Assembly (NCBI GenBank): GCA_963792415.1
Contig: CAWBVY010000004.1
Coordinates: forward strand, 192,001 to 256,000
Length of the DNA stretch: 64,000 nucleotides
Direction: 5' to 3'
Source of the DNA: Candidatus Deferrimicrobiaceae bacterium
GTDB lineage: Bacteria > Desulfobacterota > Deferrimicrobia > Deferrimicrobiales > Deferrimicrobiaceae
Positions 42,262 through 52,197 of this stretch are shown piece after piece. Made by a program: the position numbers and the translations under genes. The notes beneath the pieces were generated by a model. The model worked only from the letters and a program-made list of their open reading frames with translations. It did not search any database and was not told the DNA's origin. Each line of letters starts with the position of its first letter. The first letter of the stretch is position 1.

Positions 42262-43587
42262 ATGAGAAAAGACGCTTTCAAGGTCATCGTCATCGCCGAC
42301 GATCTCACAGGGGCCAACGATACCGGAGTCCAGATCGTGAAACGCGGCCACGAGACGGTTACCGTCGTGGACCCCACCCTGATGGGAGACACGCTGGCGA
42401 ACGGGATCGTGCTGGATACCGAGTCGCGCACGCTGCCGGTGGAGGAGGCCCGGGCTGCGATGCGCGATGCGGCGCGCGCGTTGGGCAGTCGCCCGAACGC
42501 CCTTCTCTACAAGAAGATCGATTCCACGTTGCGAGGGCATATCGGCGCGGAGCTCGGTGCTCTGATACGGGAACTCGAACCGGATCGGGTGGTTTGCGCG
42601 CCGGCATATCCGAAAAACGGACGAACGACGCGAAACGGGATCCACTTCCTGCACGGAGTTCCGATCGACCGCACCGAGGTGGCAGGTGACCCGAGAAACC
42701 CTGTGGACACGGCCAGCTTGCCTGCCATGCTGGCGAAAGATGGCGGGCCACGCTTCCTCCATGTCGATCTGGGCGTGCTTCGGTCCGGGCAGGCCGCCAG
42801 CCTGGCGGCGGAACGCTTCCTCAGTTTCGATTGTGAGGAGCAGGAGGATCTGCGGCGGATCGTTCGGGCCGTGGGAGAAACCGGAAAAAGGGTTCTCTGG
42901 TGCGGGTCCGCGGGATTGGCCGAAGTGCTCCTGGAGGAGGTGCTCCCGCCCGGCAAGGGGAAAGACGAACGCGGCGGTTCCATCGGTCGTAAGCCGTCAA
43001 CAGGGCCGGCAGGCGGAATCGGCAGTGGCGGGCCGGTCCTTTCCGTTATCGGAAGCATGAGCAGCGTCAGCCGGCGTCAGCTCGAGAGGGCGATCGCTTC
43101 CACCTCGGCGCACGCCGTTCGCCTTCATCCGCAGGCGCTTGTGGACTCCCCCTCCCGGGAGCGCGGCCGCATCGTCCGCGAGCTTGAGGATCGGATGACG
43201 CGGACGGACCACCTGATTCTCACCTCCCTCGGGACGGAGGCAGATCCCCGACCGGCCGGATTTTCGGGAGGCCAACATCTTCAGGACGAGATTCCCGGGC
43301 GGATTGCAGGGTGTCTCGCCGATGCGACCGCCGGGTTTGTCCAAAGGAACCGCATCGCCGGAATGTTCCTTGCCGGAGGGGATACCGCCGTCCACGTACT
43401 CCGGGCCGTTGGTGCGCGGGGACTGCGGCTGGGATCCGAGCTCGAGGCCGGGGTACCGGCCTCCAGGCTTATCGGCGGGATCCTCGATGGCCTGCCGGTG
43501 GTGACCAAGGCGGGGGCCTTCGGCGACGAGGAGACCTTGGTGCGGTCGGCCCGTTACCTCGCGATGCAGCCTCGTGAAGGAACATGA
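42262..43587 (+). CDS. Four-carbon acid sugar kinase (DUF1537; DtnK/DenK/OtnK family)
   Basis: IADDLTGAND, YKKIDSTLRG, GGDTA, TKAGAFG. Confidence 0.92.
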   Translation: MRKDAFKVIVIADDLTGANDTGVQIVKRGHETVTVVDPTLMGDTLANGIVLDTESRTLPVEEARAAMRDAARALGSRPNALLYKKIDSTLRGHIGAELGALIRELEPDRVVCAPAYPKNGRTTRNGIHFLHGVPIDRTEVAGDPRNPVDTASLPAMLAKDGGPRFLHVDLGVLRSGQAASLAAERFLSFDCEEQEDLRRIVRAVGETGKRVLWCGSAGLAEVLLEEVLPPGKGKDERGGSIGRKPSTGPAGGIGSGGPVLSVIGSMSSVSRRQLERAIASTSAHAVRLHPQALVDSPSRERGRIVRELEDRMTRTDHLILTSLGTEADPRPAGFSGGQHLQDEIPGRIAGCLADATAGFVQRNRIAGMFLAGGDTAVHVLRAVGARGLRLGSELEAGVPASRLIGGILDGLPVVTKAGAFGDEETLVRSARYLAMQPREGT

Positions 43588-44522
43588 ACCCTCGAATCTT
43601 ACAAACCGGAAGTCTCTCTCCCTACTTCGATGCGGCTCTGCTGGAACGGTTCGAGGTCTATCCGCTATGGAAGCAGGACGATCCGGCCAGCTACCTCGCA
43701 CGGCATGGCCGTGCCATCGAAGGCGTGGCCACCTTGGCTCCGGTGGGCGCCTCGACCGGGCTGATCGAAGCGCTGCCTGCCCTGAAGGTCATTTCCTGCC
43801 GGGGAATCGGGTTCGACAAGATCGACCTCGACGGCGCCCGTCGACGGGGGATCCAGGTGAGCGGCACTCCCGGCGTGCTGACCGACTGCGTCGCGGACCT
43901 TGCGTTCGGCCTGTTGATCGACGTGGCACGGCACATTTCCGCATCGGACCGCTTCCTCCGGGCTGGCTCCTGGATGGCGGGAAAGTACCGGCTGACCACT
44001 CATGTCAGCGGCAAGAGGCTGGGCATCGTGGGGCTGGGGGAAATCGGACGCGCAGTCGCGAAACGGGCTGCCGGCTTCGCCATGGAAGTCCGATACACCG
44101 ACCGGCAACCGATCGAAGAGGTTCCCTTCAGGTATGAACCCACGTTGAACGGACTTTCCCGGTGGGCCGAATTTCTGCTGGTCGCGGTCCCCGGAGGAGC
44201 TGCCACGCGTCACCTGATTTCATCGTCCGTTCTCGACGCGCTCGGTCCCGACGGGTTTCTCGTCAATATCTCGCGGGGCACGGTGGTGGATCAGGACGCC
44301 TTGGTCCGGGCGCTCGCCGCCGGCGCCGTCGCCGGCGCCGCTCTGGACGTTTTTGCCGACGAGCCCAACGTGCCGGAGGAGTTGCTTCGCATGGACAACG
44401 TCGTGCTTACGCCACACATCGGCAGCGGCACGGTCGAGACACGCAAAGCGATGGAGGATCTCGTGCTGGCGAATCTCGAAGCCTTTTTCAAGACCGGCAA
44501 AGTCTTGACGCCGGCGTTCTGA
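43584..44522 (+). CDS. D-isomer-specific 2-hydroxyacid dehydrogenase
   Basis: GIVGLGEIG, NISRG, LDVF..EP, TPHIGSGT. Confidence 0.93.
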   Translation: MNPRILQTGSLSPYFDAALLERFEVYPLWKQDDPASYLARHGRAIEGVATLAPVGASTGLIEALPALKVISCRGIGFDKIDLDGARRRGIQVSGTPGVLTDCVADLAFGLLIDVARHISASDRFLRAGSWMAGKYRLTTHVSGKRLGIVGLGEIGRAVAKRAAGFAMEVRYTDRQPIEEVPFRYEPTLNGLSRWAEFLLVAVPGGAATRHLISSSVLDALGPDGFLVNISRGTVVDQDALVRALAAGAVAGAALDVFADEPNVPEELLRMDNVVLTPHIGSGTVETRKAMEDLVLANLEAFFKTGKVLTPAF

Positions 44523-44540
44523 GCCACGGGATACGCTGAA

Positions 44541-45278
44541 ATGAATGTTCCTTCAGGAGTTGTCGGGAAACTCCTGCCGACCGGCAGACTGCGCGCAGCG
44601 ATCAACCTCGGCAATCCGGTTCTTGCCAGGCGGGATCCGGAAAGCGCTTCTCCCGTTGGGGTATCGATCGATCTTGCTGATAATTTCGCGAAACGGCTTG
44701 GCGTGGACATCGAGTTCGTCCTGTTCGATTCCGCCGGCAAATCCGTGGAGGCCGTCACCCGGGAAGAAGCGGACATCGGTTTTTTTGCCGTGGATCCATT
44801 GCGCGGACAAGGGATCGCGTTTACCGCTCCCTATCTGCTGATCGAAGGGTGCTACCTGGTCCGGCAAGACTCGAAAATCCAATCCAACGGGGAAGTGGAC
44901 CGCCCGGAGCATCGGGTCGTCGTGGGAAAAGGCAGCGCCTACGATCTTTTCCTTACCCGGGAACTGCACCACGCTCAAATTGTCAGGGCGGCAACCTCTC
45001 CTGCCGTCGTGGATCTCTTTGTCGAACAAACCATGGAGATCGCTGCGGGCGTAAAACAACAGCTTGAAGCCGGTGCCCGAAGATTCCCGGGCTTGAGGCT
45101 GTTGCCAGGGGGATTCATGGTCATTCAGCAGGCCATGGGACTGCCGAAAGGCCGGGGAGCGGAAGCTGCGGCACTGCTCGGCAAATACGTCGAGGAAATG
45201 AAAGTGAGCGGCTTTGTCGCCCAAGCGCTTGCCCGTCATGGGATCCAGGGTGCTTCGGTGGCACCAACGGCCGAATGA
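44541..45278 (+). CDS. Family 3 solute-binding-like protein lacking a signal peptide
   Basis: PTGRLRAAINLGN, GSAYDL, QQAMG. Confidence 0.75.
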   Translation: MNVPSGVVGKLLPTGRLRAAINLGNPVLARRDPESASPVGVSIDLADNFAKRLGVDIEFVLFDSAGKSVEAVTREEADIGFFAVDPLRGQGIAFTAPYLLIEGCYLVRQDSKIQSNGEVDRPEHRVVVGKGSAYDLFLTRELHHAQIVRAATSPAVVDLFVEQTMEIAAGVKQQLEAGARRFPGLRLLPGGFMVIQQAMGLPKGRGAEAAALLGKYVEEMKVSGFVAQALARHGIQGASVAPTAE

Positions 45279-45608
45279 AGAGGTCGGGAAAGCAGCCCCC
45301 CCGGGCTCGCCTGTCGGGAATTGCGCGGCCGGACGCCTCCCCGCGTTCGTGAAGCCACACAGCAACACACAGATGCCTTTTAAATTCAACAACATATAGG
45401 CTATCGGCTTTCCGGTGCGCGACCGGTTTGTCTCCCGTTCGAATGGGCGTAAAATATTTGCAGGAGCCGGTTCGGCACCCGCGGCCGAGCCCGCGGAGAA
45501 AGGGGGGGATCCGGCGGTCCGGAGAGAGCGGTTCCGGCGAGCGGCCGTCCGGTTCCGGAGGGGAGGAACATAGGCCGGGTTCAGGAACCCGGGGACAGGG
45601 GGTTCGAC

Positions 45609-46094
45609 ATGTTGAAGAAAAATCCGTTTTCCCTTGCGAAGACGGAACCCGCATCCGCGCTTTCCCCGTTCGAGGAGTTCGAGCGGCGGTTCGAGGATTT
45701 CTTCCGCCGGCCCTTCTCGCTGATGGAGGCGCCCTGGTCGATGCGGTGGCCGGTGCTTGCCGGAGAGGTTTCTCCGGTGGTGGACATTTACGAGGAAGGC
45801 GACGACATCGTAGTGAAGGCGGAGATCCCGGGGATGAAGAAGGAGGAGATCCACGTCGACATCAACGAGAAGACCGTGACCGTATCAGGCGAGAAGAAGA
45901 AGGAGGAGAAGGTCGAGAGGAAGAACTACGTCCATCTCGAGCGCACCTACGGTTCCTTCGCGCGCACCTTCGCCCTTCCCGCGGAGGTGCAGACGCCCAA
46001 GGCCCGGGCGACGTTCAAGGACGGGATTCTTGAGCTCCGGGTGCCAAAGACCGCGGAGGCGGCGAGTCGAACCCGGAAGGTGCCGATCGAATGA
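45609..46094 (+). CDS. Hsp20/alpha-crystallin small heat shock protein
   Basis: VDIYE...AEIPG...ERTYGSFAR...FKDGIL. Confidence 0.93.
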   Translation: MLKKNPFSLAKTEPASALSPFEEFERRFEDFFRRPFSLMEAPWSMRWPVLAGEVSPVVDIYEEGDDIVVKAEIPGMKKEEIHVDINEKTVTVSGEKKKEEKVERKNYVHLERTYGSFARTFALPAEVQTPKARATFKDGILELRVPKTAEAASRTRKVPIE

Positions 46095-46178
46095 TGGGGG
46101 TCCGCGAGGAGGGGCAAGGAGAACGCACCTTGCCCCTTTCGGTTCTCCTCTCCAGCGGTTTCCACGGAGGGTGACGCC

Positions 46179-46685
46179 ATGATGACGCCCCGATACGAAC
46201 CCGCCAGCCGCAAGAACGTCGATCGCACGAGAGACCCCTACATCCCCCGGAAAGGCCCCCACGAAGTCGGGGTGTGTCCGGATTGCCACGCCATCAGCCG
46301 GAAGAAACGCTGGTACGTGAACGAGGCGGAGTACGCCTCCCTCGCGCGATCCGGCGCGGTCCCCCGCCGGTGCCCGGCGTGCCGGAAGATCGCGGACGGA
46401 TTCCCTTCCGGCGTGGTGACCCTGCGCGGGAAGTTCCTGCAGACCCACCGCGACGGGATCCTCGCGATCGTCCGCAACGAGGAACGTCGAGCCCGTGAGA
46501 GCAAGCCTCTCGAGCGGATCATGGAAATCCGGGAGGGGGACGAGCGAGTCGAGATTCTGACCACGGACGGGAAACTCGCCCAGCGCATCGGGCGGGAGAT
46601 CCGGAAGGCGTGCCACGGTACTGCGTCCTACAAGTGGTCCGAGGACGCCAGCCTCCTCCGGGTGAACTGGGCACGGGAGATCTGA
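46179..46685 (+). CDS. Zn-binding hypothetical protein (BCAM0308-like)
   Basis: DPY, CPDC...W...CPACRKI, PLERIM, LAQRIG, C-terminal RVNW. Confidence 0.7.
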   Translation: MMTPRYEPASRKNVDRTRDPYIPRKGPHEVGVCPDCHAISRKKRWYVNEAEYASLARSGAVPRRCPACRKIADGFPSGVVTLRGKFLQTHRDGILAIVRNEERRARESKPLERIMEIREGDERVEILTTDGKLAQRIGREIRKACHGTASYKWSEDASLLRVNWAREI

Positions 46686-46781
46686 CGCGGAATCCCCGGG
46701 TCCGCGGTGCCCTCGCAAATGTCCTTTCCGCAATTGTGCGAGAATGAACTCGGTACGCCAGCATGTTCCACGGAGGTGGTA

Positions 46782-47486
46782 ATGGATTCCAATGCGCGGA
46801 CAACGTCGACCCCGGCGTCGGCGATCACGCTGGAAAAGGCTTCCTTCTTCCCGAGGGTCTACGGGTGGATGGCGCTCGGGCTGCTCGTGTCGGCCGTCGC
46901 GTCGTTCGCGCTCCTGTCGTCCCCCGCGGCGATGAAGTTCGTCTTCGGGTCGAAGGTGGTCTTCTTCGGCCTCATCCTCGGGGAGCTCGGGCTGGTCTTC
47001 TACCTGAGCTCGCGGGTGATGGCGATGTCGCCGGCGGCGGCGAAGGGGGCGTTCCTCGTATTCGCGGGGCTGAACGGCGTCACGCTTGCGTCCATCTTCC
47101 TTCTCTATACGGCGGGGTCGATCGCTTCGACGTTCATGGTGTCGGCGGCGACGTTCGGAGCGATGAGCGCGTACGGCATGGCGACGAAGCGGGACCTGAC
47201 GGGGTTCGGCAGCTTCGTCGTCATGGGTCTCTTCGGGGTCGTCATCGCGTCGGTGGTGAACCTCTTCCTCAAAAGCGAGGCGGTCTACTGGGTCACCACC
47301 TACATCGGGGTCCTGGTCTTCGTCGGGCTTTCCGCCTACGACACCTGGAAGCTGAAGCGGATGGCGGAAACCACGGGGCACGGCGAAGCGCTCGCCAATC
47401 TTTCGATCCTCGGAGCGCTGATTCTATACCTGGATTTCGTCAACCTCTTCCTGATGCTCCTGCGGTTGCTGGGAAAGAGGAGGTAG
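46782..47486 (+). CDS. Bax inhibitor-1/YccA family membrane protein
   Basis: RVYGWMALGL, TKRDL, AYDT, LYLDFVNLF. Confidence 0.92.
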   Translation: MDSNARTTSTPASAITLEKASFFPRVYGWMALGLLVSAVASFALLSSPAAMKFVFGSKVVFFGLILGELGLVFYLSSRVMAMSPAAAKGAFLVFAGLNGVTLASIFLLYTAGSIASTFMVSAATFGAMSAYGMATKRDLTGFGSFVVMGLFGVVIASVVNLFLKSEAVYWVTTYIGVLVFVGLSAYDTWKLKRMAETTGHGEALANLSILGALILYLDFVNLFLMLLRLLGKRR

Positions 47487-47527
47487 GGCCCCGAGACGTC
47501 CGTTTCCCGGGGCCCTGCACGGCCCCC

Positions 47528-47938
47528 TTACTTTGCGCCGAGGGCTTTCGCCGCTTTCCCGACGTCCTTTGGCTTGACCCACAGGATCGCCCCGTACCGG
47601 CTTCCGCCGCCGGCGACCGCGTCGAGGGCGGTTATGTTCACCCCCGCGTCCGCCAGCTTCGACACGATCCCTGCGATCGCCCCCTTGCGGTCCCGTCCCT
47701 GGGCGAGGAAAGCCGTATTCTTCGTCACCGCGAGCCCGATCTTCCTAGCCGCCTTCCGGAAAGCCGGACCGTTCTTGGGGACGAAATCGACCTGGGCGCC
47801 GCGCCCCCGGGGGAAGCCGGTGAAGAAGAGGAGATCGATCCCTTCGCCGCGAAGCGCCGTGAGGATCCTCGCCCCTTCGCCGGTCTTGTTCGGCACCTGT
47901 GCCTTGAAATAGTCGACCTTGCGGATGATGTCGGCCAT
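47528..47938 (-). CDS. Tandem ACT-like domain protein
   Basis: NKTGEGARIL...GID and DRKGAIA...LADAGVNI repeats. Confidence 0.65.
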   Translation of the reverse strand: MADIIRKVDYFKAQVPNKTGEGARILTALRGEGIDLLFFTGFPRGRGAQVDFVPKNGPAFRKAARKIGLAVTKNTAFLAQGRDRKGAIAGIVSKLADAGVNITALDAVAGGGSRYGAILWVKPKDVGKAAKALGAK

Positions 47939-48383
47939 GGTCCCTCCTTGGCGTCCCGCGTAGGGGCGCGTCTGCGTTGTCAGAACATTTGAAACATCAT
48001 TCTACAATTTACATCTTACATCAAGGGATTGGACCCCCCCGATGGAATTTCATCCCCGGGGCAGGAGGATCGATCCGGCAGAACCGTTGACCCACCAACA
48101 CGCAAACCATTTTTCGGACGACGGATGCCCTGACGCGAATGTCGTCATGGCATTGTGGAACCCCCCGGATGAATTATAATGCCGGGAAGGAGCCGCGTCC
48201 CGTGCTTACCGCACAAATGGTGTTTTGAGGATTTTCCACGGCAGAGAGGGATTATCCCCCTGTTTTATATGGCAATAAGGAAGCGGATCGTATTATTATG
48301 GTCTCCTTGGCCTTATGACCGGAATGCGGAGCCCTTCCCGGGACCGTAAAATAAAACATCGAGGCGGGAGAGTGGGGGGGCGG

Positions 48384-49139
48384 TTGGGCGGCGACTACAT
48401 ATTGGAAACGCGCGGCCTCTCCAAGGAGTTCAGCGGCTTCGTCGCGGTCAACGACGTTAGCCTGAACGTGAAAAGAGGTTCCATTCACGCGCTGATCGGC
48501 CCGAACGGGGCCGGCAAGACGACGGTCTTCAACCTGATCACGAAATTCCTCCCCCCCAGCGGCGGCAGGATCCTGTTCAACGGCATCGACATCACCCGGG
48601 AAAAACCGGCGCAGACCGCGCGCCGCGGCGTGATCCGTTCGTTCCAGATCTCCGCGGTGTTTCCGCACCTGACGGTCCTGGAAAACGTCCGCATCGGTCT
48701 TCAGCGCAGCCTCGGCACCTCGTTTCATTTCTGGAAGCCGGAAAAAACGTTGAATGTCCTGAACGACCGCGCCATGGAGCTGCTGGAAGCGGTGGACCTC
48801 GCGCCCTTCGCATCCGTGACCACGGTCGAGCTCCCCTACGGGCGCAAGCGGGCACTGGAAATCGCCACGACGCTTGCGATGAATCCGGAACTGATGCTTC
48901 TGGACGAACCGACGCAAGGGATGGGCCACGAGGATGTCGGACGGATCGTGGAACTGATCCGAAAGGTTTCCGCCAACCGCACCGTCCTGATGGTGGAACA
49001 CAATCTTTCGGTCGTTGCGAACCTTTCGGACACCATCACGGTGATGCAACGGGGTTCGATCCTTGCCGAAGGGCCCTACACCGAGGTCTCGAAAAATCCC
49101 CAGGTGCTCGAAGCCTACGTCGGGACGACCGATGAATAG
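48384..49139 (+). CDS. HAAT ABC transporter ATPase (LivG-like; start uncertain)
   Basis: GPNGAGKT, RSFQ, LPYG, LLDEP. Confidence 0.92.
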   Translation: MGGDYILETRGLSKEFSGFVAVNDVSLNVKRGSIHALIGPNGAGKTTVFNLITKFLPPSGGRILFNGIDITREKPAQTARRGVIRSFQISAVFPHLTVLENVRIGLQRSLGTSFHFWKPEKTLNVLNDRAMELLEAVDLAPFASVTTVELPYGRKRALEIATTLAMNPELMLLDEPTQGMGHEDVGRIVELIRKVSANRTVLMVEHNLSVVANLSDTITVMQRGSILAEGPYTEVSKNPQVLEAYVGTTDE

Positions 49140-49884
49140 CGGAGCGGAACCCGCCGTGGACACCGTCAGCGCCTTCACACCGCGCTTCGAATACCTGCGG
49201 GTCACGGATCTGCACGCCTTCTACGGGGAGTCCCATATCCTTCACGGGATCGATTTCACGGTGAACCGCGGCGAGCTGGTCACGCTGCTGGGGCGCAACG
49301 GCGCCGGGCGCACCACAACGCTGAAGGCGATCCTCGGGCTGGTGGGGAGGCGCACCGGGTCGATCATGATCAACGGGAGAGAGGGGATCGACCTTCCGAC
49401 GCACAAGATCGCCCACCTGGGCATCGGCTACTGTCCGGAGGAGCGCGGGATCTACGCCAGCCTTTCCCTGGAGGAGAACCTGCTCCTGCCCCCGATCGTG
49501 TCCAGCAGCGGCATGGCCCTCAAGGAAATCTATGAAATGTTCCCCCAGCTGGCGGAGCGGAAGAACATCCAGGGCAGCCGGTTGTCGGGCGGGGAGCAGC
49601 AGATGCTCGCGATGGCCCGGATCCTGCGCACCGGGGCCACCCTGCTTCTGCTGGACGAGATCACGGAAGGGCTGGCGCCCGTCATCGTGCAGACGCTCGG
49701 CCGGGTCATCCGGGAGCTGAAGGAGAAGGGTCTCACCATCGTCATGGTGGAGCAGAATTTCCGTTTTGCCGCGCAGCTGGCGGACCGCCACTACGTGATG
49801 GAGCACGGGCGGATCGTGGAGATGGTGAAGAAGGAGGATCTGGCGTCCCGGATCGGGAAACTGCACGAGTACCTCGGCGTCTAA
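49132..49884 (+). CDS. HAAT ABC transporter ATPase (LivF-like)
   Basis: GRNGAGRT, LSGGEQQ, LLDE, VEQN. Confidence 0.92.
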   Translation: MNSGAEPAVDTVSAFTPRFEYLRVTDLHAFYGESHILHGIDFTVNRGELVTLLGRNGAGRTTTLKAILGLVGRRTGSIMINGREGIDLPTHKIAHLGIGYCPEERGIYASLSLEENLLLPPIVSSSGMALKEIYEMFPQLAERKNIQGSRLSGGEQQMLAMARILRTGATLLLLDEITEGLAPVIVQTLGRVIRELKEKGLTIVMVEQNFRFAAQLADRHYVMEHGRIVEMVKKEDLASRIGKLHEYLGV

Positions 49885-49912
49885 CACCCAACCGAAAAAG
49901 GAGGACGAAAAA

Positions 49913-51133
49913 ATGAAACGGAAACTGCTGAGCGCACTGATTTGCGCCGCCCTGATGCTTCACGTCGGCGCGACCGCCGGGGCCGCGACAAAGGTCTCGG
50001 ACGGCGTGGTGAAGATCGGCGTTCTGACCGACATGTCGGGGACATACTCCGACCTGGCCGGGCCCGGGTCGCTGATCGCGGTGCAGATGGCCGTCGAGGA
50101 CTTTATCGCGAAGAAAAAACCGGACTTCAAGATCGAGGTGATCTCGGCGGACCACCAGAACAAGGGGGACATCGCGGCGATCAAGGCGCGCGAATGGATC
50201 GACACGGAGAAGGTGGACGTGATCGTCGACCTGGTGACGACCTCCACCGCGCTGGCGGTCATGAAGGTGGGGAAGGAGAAGAACCGGATCACGCTGGTTT
50301 CGGGCGCCGCCTCCACGCCGATCACCAACGAGCAGTGCACGGACGTCAACGTGCACTGGACCTACGACACGTACGCGCTGGCCGTGGGGACGGGGAAGGC
50401 GGTCGTGAAGCAGGGAGGGAAGACCTGGTTCTTCCTGACCGCCGATTACGCGTTCGGGAAGTCGCTGGAGAAGAACACCAGCGAAGTGGTCGTCAAGGAA
50501 GGCGGCAAAGTGCTGGGGCACGTGCTGCACCCGTTCCCGGCCCAGGATTTCTCCTCGTTCCTGCTGCAGGCACAATCCTCGGGCGCCCAGGTGATCGGGC
50601 TGGCCAACGCCGGCAACGACACCATCAACGCCATCAAGCAGGCGTCCGAGTTCGGCATCACGCCGAAGCAGTCGCTCGCCGGGTTGCTGATGTTCATCAC
50701 GGACGTGCACAGCCTGGGGCTGAAGACCACCCAGGGCATGTACCTCACCACCGGCTTCTACTGGGACCGGAACGACGAGACCCGGGCATGGTCGAAGCGC
50801 TTCTACGAGAAGAAGAGCCGGCAGCCCACCATGGTCCAGGCGGGGGACTACTCGGCGGTGACCCACTACCTCGAGGCGATCAAGGCGGCCGGCACCGACG
50901 ACACGCAGGCCGTGATGGCCAAGATGAAGGCGACGCCGATCAACGACTTCTTCGCCAAGAACGGCCAGATCCGCGTCGATGGCCGCATGGTGCACGACAT
51001 GTACCTGGCCCAGGTGAAGAAGCCGGAGGAGTCGAAGTACGCGTGGGACTACTACAACATCCGGCAGGTGATCCCGGCGGACCAGGCGTTCATGCCGTTG
51101 TCCGAGAGCGTATGCCCTCTCGTTAAGAAGTAA
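49913..51133 (+). CDS. HAAT ABC transporter substrate-binding protein
   Basis: Signal peptide, KIGVLTDMSG, ADHQNK, DFSSFLLQAQ. Confidence 0.92.
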   Translation: MKRKLLSALICAALMLHVGATAGAATKVSDGVVKIGVLTDMSGTYSDLAGPGSLIAVQMAVEDFIAKKKPDFKIEVISADHQNKGDIAAIKAREWIDTEKVDVIVDLVTTSTALAVMKVGKEKNRITLVSGAASTPITNEQCTDVNVHWTYDTYALAVGTGKAVVKQGGKTWFFLTADYAFGKSLEKNTSEVVVKEGGKVLGHVLHPFPAQDFSSFLLQAQSSGAQVIGLANAGNDTINAIKQASEFGITPKQSLAGLLMFITDVHSLGLKTTQGMYLTTGFYWDRNDETRAWSKRFYEKKSRQPTMVQAGDYSAVTHYLEAIKAAGTDDTQAVMAKMKATPINDFFAKNGQIRVDGRMVHDMYLAQVKKPEESKYAWDYYNIRQVIPADQAFMPLSESVCPLVKK

Positions 51134-51144
51134 GGAGGACCGCG

Positions 51145-51181
51145 CGCGGGGCGGAAGGCTGACTTTCCGCCCCGCGTTTTT
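51145..51181 (+). terminator. Rho-independent terminator or attenuating hairpin after the binding-protein gene
   Basis: CGCGGGGCGGAAGG-CTGA-CTTTCCGCCCCGCG followed by TTTTT. Confidence 0.75.
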
Positions 51182-51225
51182 GCGGGGAGATCCGCGCAGA
51201 CAACCAGTGGGAGGAGAGCGTTTCC

Positions 51226-52194
51226 GTGACCGGGATCTTCGGCATCTCGATACAGGGCCTTCTCGGCCAGCTGCTGGTCGGCCTGCTCAACGGCTCCTTC
51301 TACGCCATCCTCAGCCTCGGGCTGGCGATCATCTTCGGCCTTCTCAACATCATCAACTTCGCCCACGGCGCCCAGTACATGATGGGCGCGTTCCTGGCCT
51401 GGATCGGGATGCGGTATCTCGGTGTCACCTACTGGTGGGCGCTGCTCCTCTCGCCGCTGCTGGTCGGGGCGTTCGGCATGCTCCTGGAGCGCGGCATGCT
51501 GAAGCGGCTCTACAAGCTGGACCACCTCTACGGGCTGCTCCTCACGTTCGGCCTGGCGCTGATCATCGAAGGCCTCTTCCGGTACCGGTTCGGCATATCG
51601 GGCGAAAGCTACCCGGTGACCGAACTGCTGGCGGGCGGGAAGAATCTCGGCTTCATGTTCCTGCCGAAGTACCGGGTTTGGGTCGTGGTGGCGTCGCTGG
51701 TCGTCTGCTTCGCGACGTGGTACGTCATCGAGCGGACCAAGCTGGGGTCCTATCTGCGGGCCGGCACGGAAAATCCGCAGCTTCTGCAGGCGTTCGGGGT
51801 CAACGTGCCGCTGATGATCACGCTGACCTACGGGTACGGCGTGGCGCTGGCCGCGTTCGCCGGCGTCCTGGCGGCGCCGATCTTCAACGTGAACCCGGTG
51901 ATGGGTTCGAATCTCATCATCGTCGTGTTCGCGGTCGTGGTGGTCGGCGGCATGGGCTCGATCATGGGCTCCATCGTGACCGGCCTCGGCCTCGGGCTGA
52001 TCGAGGGAATCGTCAAGTCCGGGATGATCGCCAACCTGCTCAGCAATGTGTTCGATTCGGTGCCCGTGGCGCGATCCCTCGTCTATCCGGTCAAGCTGCT
52101 CTTCTCCCCCGAGGCGTCGGCGGTGACCATCTTCGTGATCATGGCCATCGTCCTGCTGGTGCGGCCGGCGGGCCTCTTCGGCAGGGAGCGGTAG
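51226..52194 (+). CDS. HAAT ABC permease (LivH-like)
   Basis: GLAIIFG..NIINFAHG, VVVGGMGS, RPAGLFG. Confidence 0.92.
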   Translation: MTGIFGISIQGLLGQLLVGLLNGSFYAILSLGLAIIFGLLNIINFAHGAQYMMGAFLAWIGMRYLGVTYWWALLLSPLLVGAFGMLLERGMLKRLYKLDHLYGLLLTFGLALIIEGLFRYRFGISGESYPVTELLAGGKNLGFMFLPKYRVWVVVASLVVCFATWYVIERTKLGSYLRAGTENPQLLQAFGVNVPLMITLTYGYGVALAAFAGVLAAPIFNVNPVMGSNLIIVVFAVVVVGGMGSIMGSIVTGLGLGLIEGIVKSGMIANLLSNVFDSVPVARSLVYPVKLLFSPEASAVTIFVIMAIVLLVRPAGLFGRER

Positions 52195-52197
52195 GTC

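Noticed and set aside
46764-46779. Third parS site (TGTTCCACGG...)
   Set aside because: Only one half-site matches; the rest is the RBS of the YccA gene
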